From Octopus sinensis (taxonomy: Eukaryota): a DNA stretch of 64,000 nucleotides. The notes below the pieces were generated by a model that worked only from the letters and a program-made list of their open reading frames with translations, did no database searches and was not told the origin of the DNA. Numbering within the stretch: position 1 is the stretch's first letter; each line of letters starts with the position of its first letter. Positions 61,340 to 64,000 of the stretch are shown here, in pieces. Where the stretch lies: assembly GCF_006345805.1 (NCBI RefSeq), contig NC_042997.1:100936001-101000000 (forward strand), read 5' to 3'. The translations under genes and the position numbers were made by a program.

Positions 61340-64000
61340 AAACAGTTATGCCCGGAAACATAGCTACCAACAAAATAGAGGCGATTTTCGATCTATATGA
61401 CAAATATATCCATTCGAAGAACAAAGAAGTGGTGTCATGTCAAAAAGTCAACCCTGAACAAACAGACCCGTCTCCTATTGTCATCGTCAATGCTTTAATG
61501 ACAAGCCAAAACTCATGCCAGATCGGTCATCGCCCGGGACAAGGACCGCATTACCCGGTGGGAAACCAGACTGAGCTCGAAAAGTCTGCTGCTGGAACAA
61601 ACTCTCAAAAAAAAAAAAGAAAAAAAAAACGAACTACCAGGTAATCAGAAGCAGGATAACCCTATTCATAGACCTGTGGCACTACAAAAAAACCCAAAAA
61701 TCTCCTAAAGCAAAACGCATAAAAATGACTAGAGAGGATTAAAGAGATGTGTTGAAAGCTTTCTATACAGCCCAACTAAACCCAAACAATAACCTCATTG
61801 TACAAACATACACTTCATGGAGAAACATACGCAGGTATATAAATGCGAATGAATTAAGTAATGTACGTAGAGACATCATTAAGTATAAAAGGTTAACTGA
61901 AGCTGAAATTAACTAAATTAGGACACAAATTTCTCATAGTAGACCAAATGAAAACAGCAATAATGCAGATGAAATAAGTAAATATATAAAATCGAAAAAT
62001 ATAAACCTCCCTGCAACCAAGGGAATAGTGAAACAATGAATACAACTGAAAGCTCAACGGCTCAGAAGGTATGACAAAAGAATCAAATTTTATCGACAAA
62101 ACAAGTTATTCAAGATCGACGCAAAGAAATTTTATAGGGAAATTGGCAAAAGCAAGATAGAAGTAAAGGAGCCACCTACGACTGAGGTAATTGAAGAGTT
62201 CTGAAAAAAGATATAGAGCAACAAAAAAGAACATAATGCTAAAGCTGACTAGATAGAGCGTAAGAAAGTGAGACTGGATGAAGTTGAAGAGCAGAAATGG
62301 GAGGCAATAGAAATAGAAGAGCTAAGATGTATTCTTAGGAAGTTTCACAAATGGAAAACCCCAGGACTGGACCAGATCCCTAAATTCTGGTTGAATTGTT
62401 TGATAGAAGTGCACCAAAATTTCGCTGCATCTCTAACTGATGACATCCAGAACACGGAGCAAATACCTGCCTGGCTGACCGAAAGAACAATATACCTTCT
62501 ACCAAAAAATGAAGACACGAAAAATCCAAAGAACTACCCACCAATAACATGTCTCAATACCGCCTACAAGATCCTCACATCAATACTAACTGACAGAATA
62601 TACGCTTTCCTTGAACGGAACTCTCTCTTTACATAAACTCAAAAAGGTTGTAAAAGGAATTATTATGGATGCTAAGATCAATTACTCATATATAAAATGA
62701 CCGTAGAGAATTGTAGGAGCGAAAAGAAGAACCTGAGTATGGAATGGATAGACTACAAGAAAGCGTTTGATAGTTCCCACATAATTGGTTACTCAAGGCC
62801 CCATGAGATATATAAGATCTCTCCCGTCGTCTCCAAATTCATTCAAAGTAGCATGGTCAAGTGGAATATACGTCTCCCTCTACACCATTGTAATGGAATG
62901 AGCCAATCTAACAACATCAAACGAGACATCTTTCAAGGTGACTCCCTCTCCCCATTACTCAAGGAATGGGTTCAAAGTTTATAATATTAAAGTAAACCAT
63001 CTGTTTAATATGGACGATCTGAAACTAGAAACGACGAAGAGGTAATAGGGCTGTTAACACCTGTTACAGATTTCAGCACAACACCAGGATGGATTTTGGC
63101 CTTGATAAGTGTGCTAAAGCAACCTTTGTAAGAGGCAAGGTCAAACAAACAGCGTCCATTATTATATACTGACATTACAATCAAGGAGCTTGACCCACAA
63201 GAAAATTACAACTACCTGGGATAAACGAAGGAGATGGTATACAACATGCTACTACGAAGGAAAAATAAGAAAGGGTTTTACAGGAGAGTAAGACTCATAC
63301 TAAAAACTGAGCCCAACTCGGAAAATCGCATCGAAGCCATTAACACCCTGGCATGTCTAGTAGTCCAATATAGTTTTAACATCATTAACAGGAATCTTAC
63401 AGAGCTCCAACGCTTGGACATGAAAGTGAGAAAACTGCTGACACCTAAGAACATGCAGCACCCAAAAGCAGGCGTTGATCGTCTGTACTACCTATAGGTA
63501 ATGAGAGAAGAGGAATAATGCAGGTAGAACTGTGGTATGAGATCTCCACAATAGCAATGAACAAGTACTTATCTAGTACAGGAAATTGGACGCCGCAGCT
63601 TGTGTGTGAACAAGAAAGCAGCAAAAAAATCACATTCTATTGTTAAGGAAGCTTGCAAATTTGCAAGGGAACCCAGCAATAACCCTGAATTAGATGAAGA
63701 ACCTGAAACCACTGCCACCGAACAAACAAAACCAAACAGACTACAAAAAAGAACGGGCAGAAAGAAACTGAGGAGTGTTGGAGCCAGAAGTCTCAGGTAT
63801 GGACAGTATATACCTCGAAGCCGAAATGCTGATGTAGACCAAACAACAACCCATTAGTGAGTGGTTGAGAAGCTCAGGACTGAAAGTTTCTTATTAGCGG
63901 TACAAAATCAAAGCTTGATTGCCAAAACATACAAGGATAATATTCTTAGAAACGATTCTAACCCGTTCTCATCTCAAGTGCAGATTCTGTGATACATTTG
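61340..64000 (+). mobile_element. Decayed R4/Dong-type element running off the window end
   Basis: WKTPGLDQIPKFWL, KNPKNYPPITCLNTAYK, WIDYKKAFD, DIFQGDSLSPLL, MDDLK and HPKAGVDRLY. Many stops. Confidence 0.85.

Noticed and set aside
61525-61575. Possible HDV-like ribozyme near the 5' end of the R4/Dong element
   Set aside because: GGTC/GACC and CCGGG/CCCGG could form a simple pseudoknot, but there is no room for P3/L3 or P4 and no J4/2 catalytic strand.

Overview
AT-rich, microsatellite-dense animal genomic DNA. The SINE families look like those I recall from Octopus genomes, so the species call is an inference. The only host gene I can support is the 3' end of an ABCB1/P-glycoprotein-like transporter on the + strand (exons 9483-9629 and 13211-13405). 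Almost everything else is mobile DNA, mostly decayed: tRNA-derived SINEs; Tx1/L1, CR1/L2, RTE and R4/Dong LINEs; a Ty3/Gypsy provirus; a Penelope-like element (PLE) with RT and GIY-YIG; hAT, Merlin and probable Chapaev3 transposase fossils; mariner, pogo, piggyBac and hAT MITEs; and non-autonomous Helitrons. The most striking unexplained structure is a set of about ten hammerhead-ribozyme (HHR)-like motifs. These include a 2.2-kb non-coding element (5182-7400) bounded by 290-bp inverted repeats that each fold into a type I HHR, upstream of the retained ABCB exons and probably intronic; a second, more degenerate inverted pair at 56.8-57.2 kb; and a young PLE lineage with a non-canonical HHR core (U at position 6). 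All folds were derived by eye and no database searches were run.
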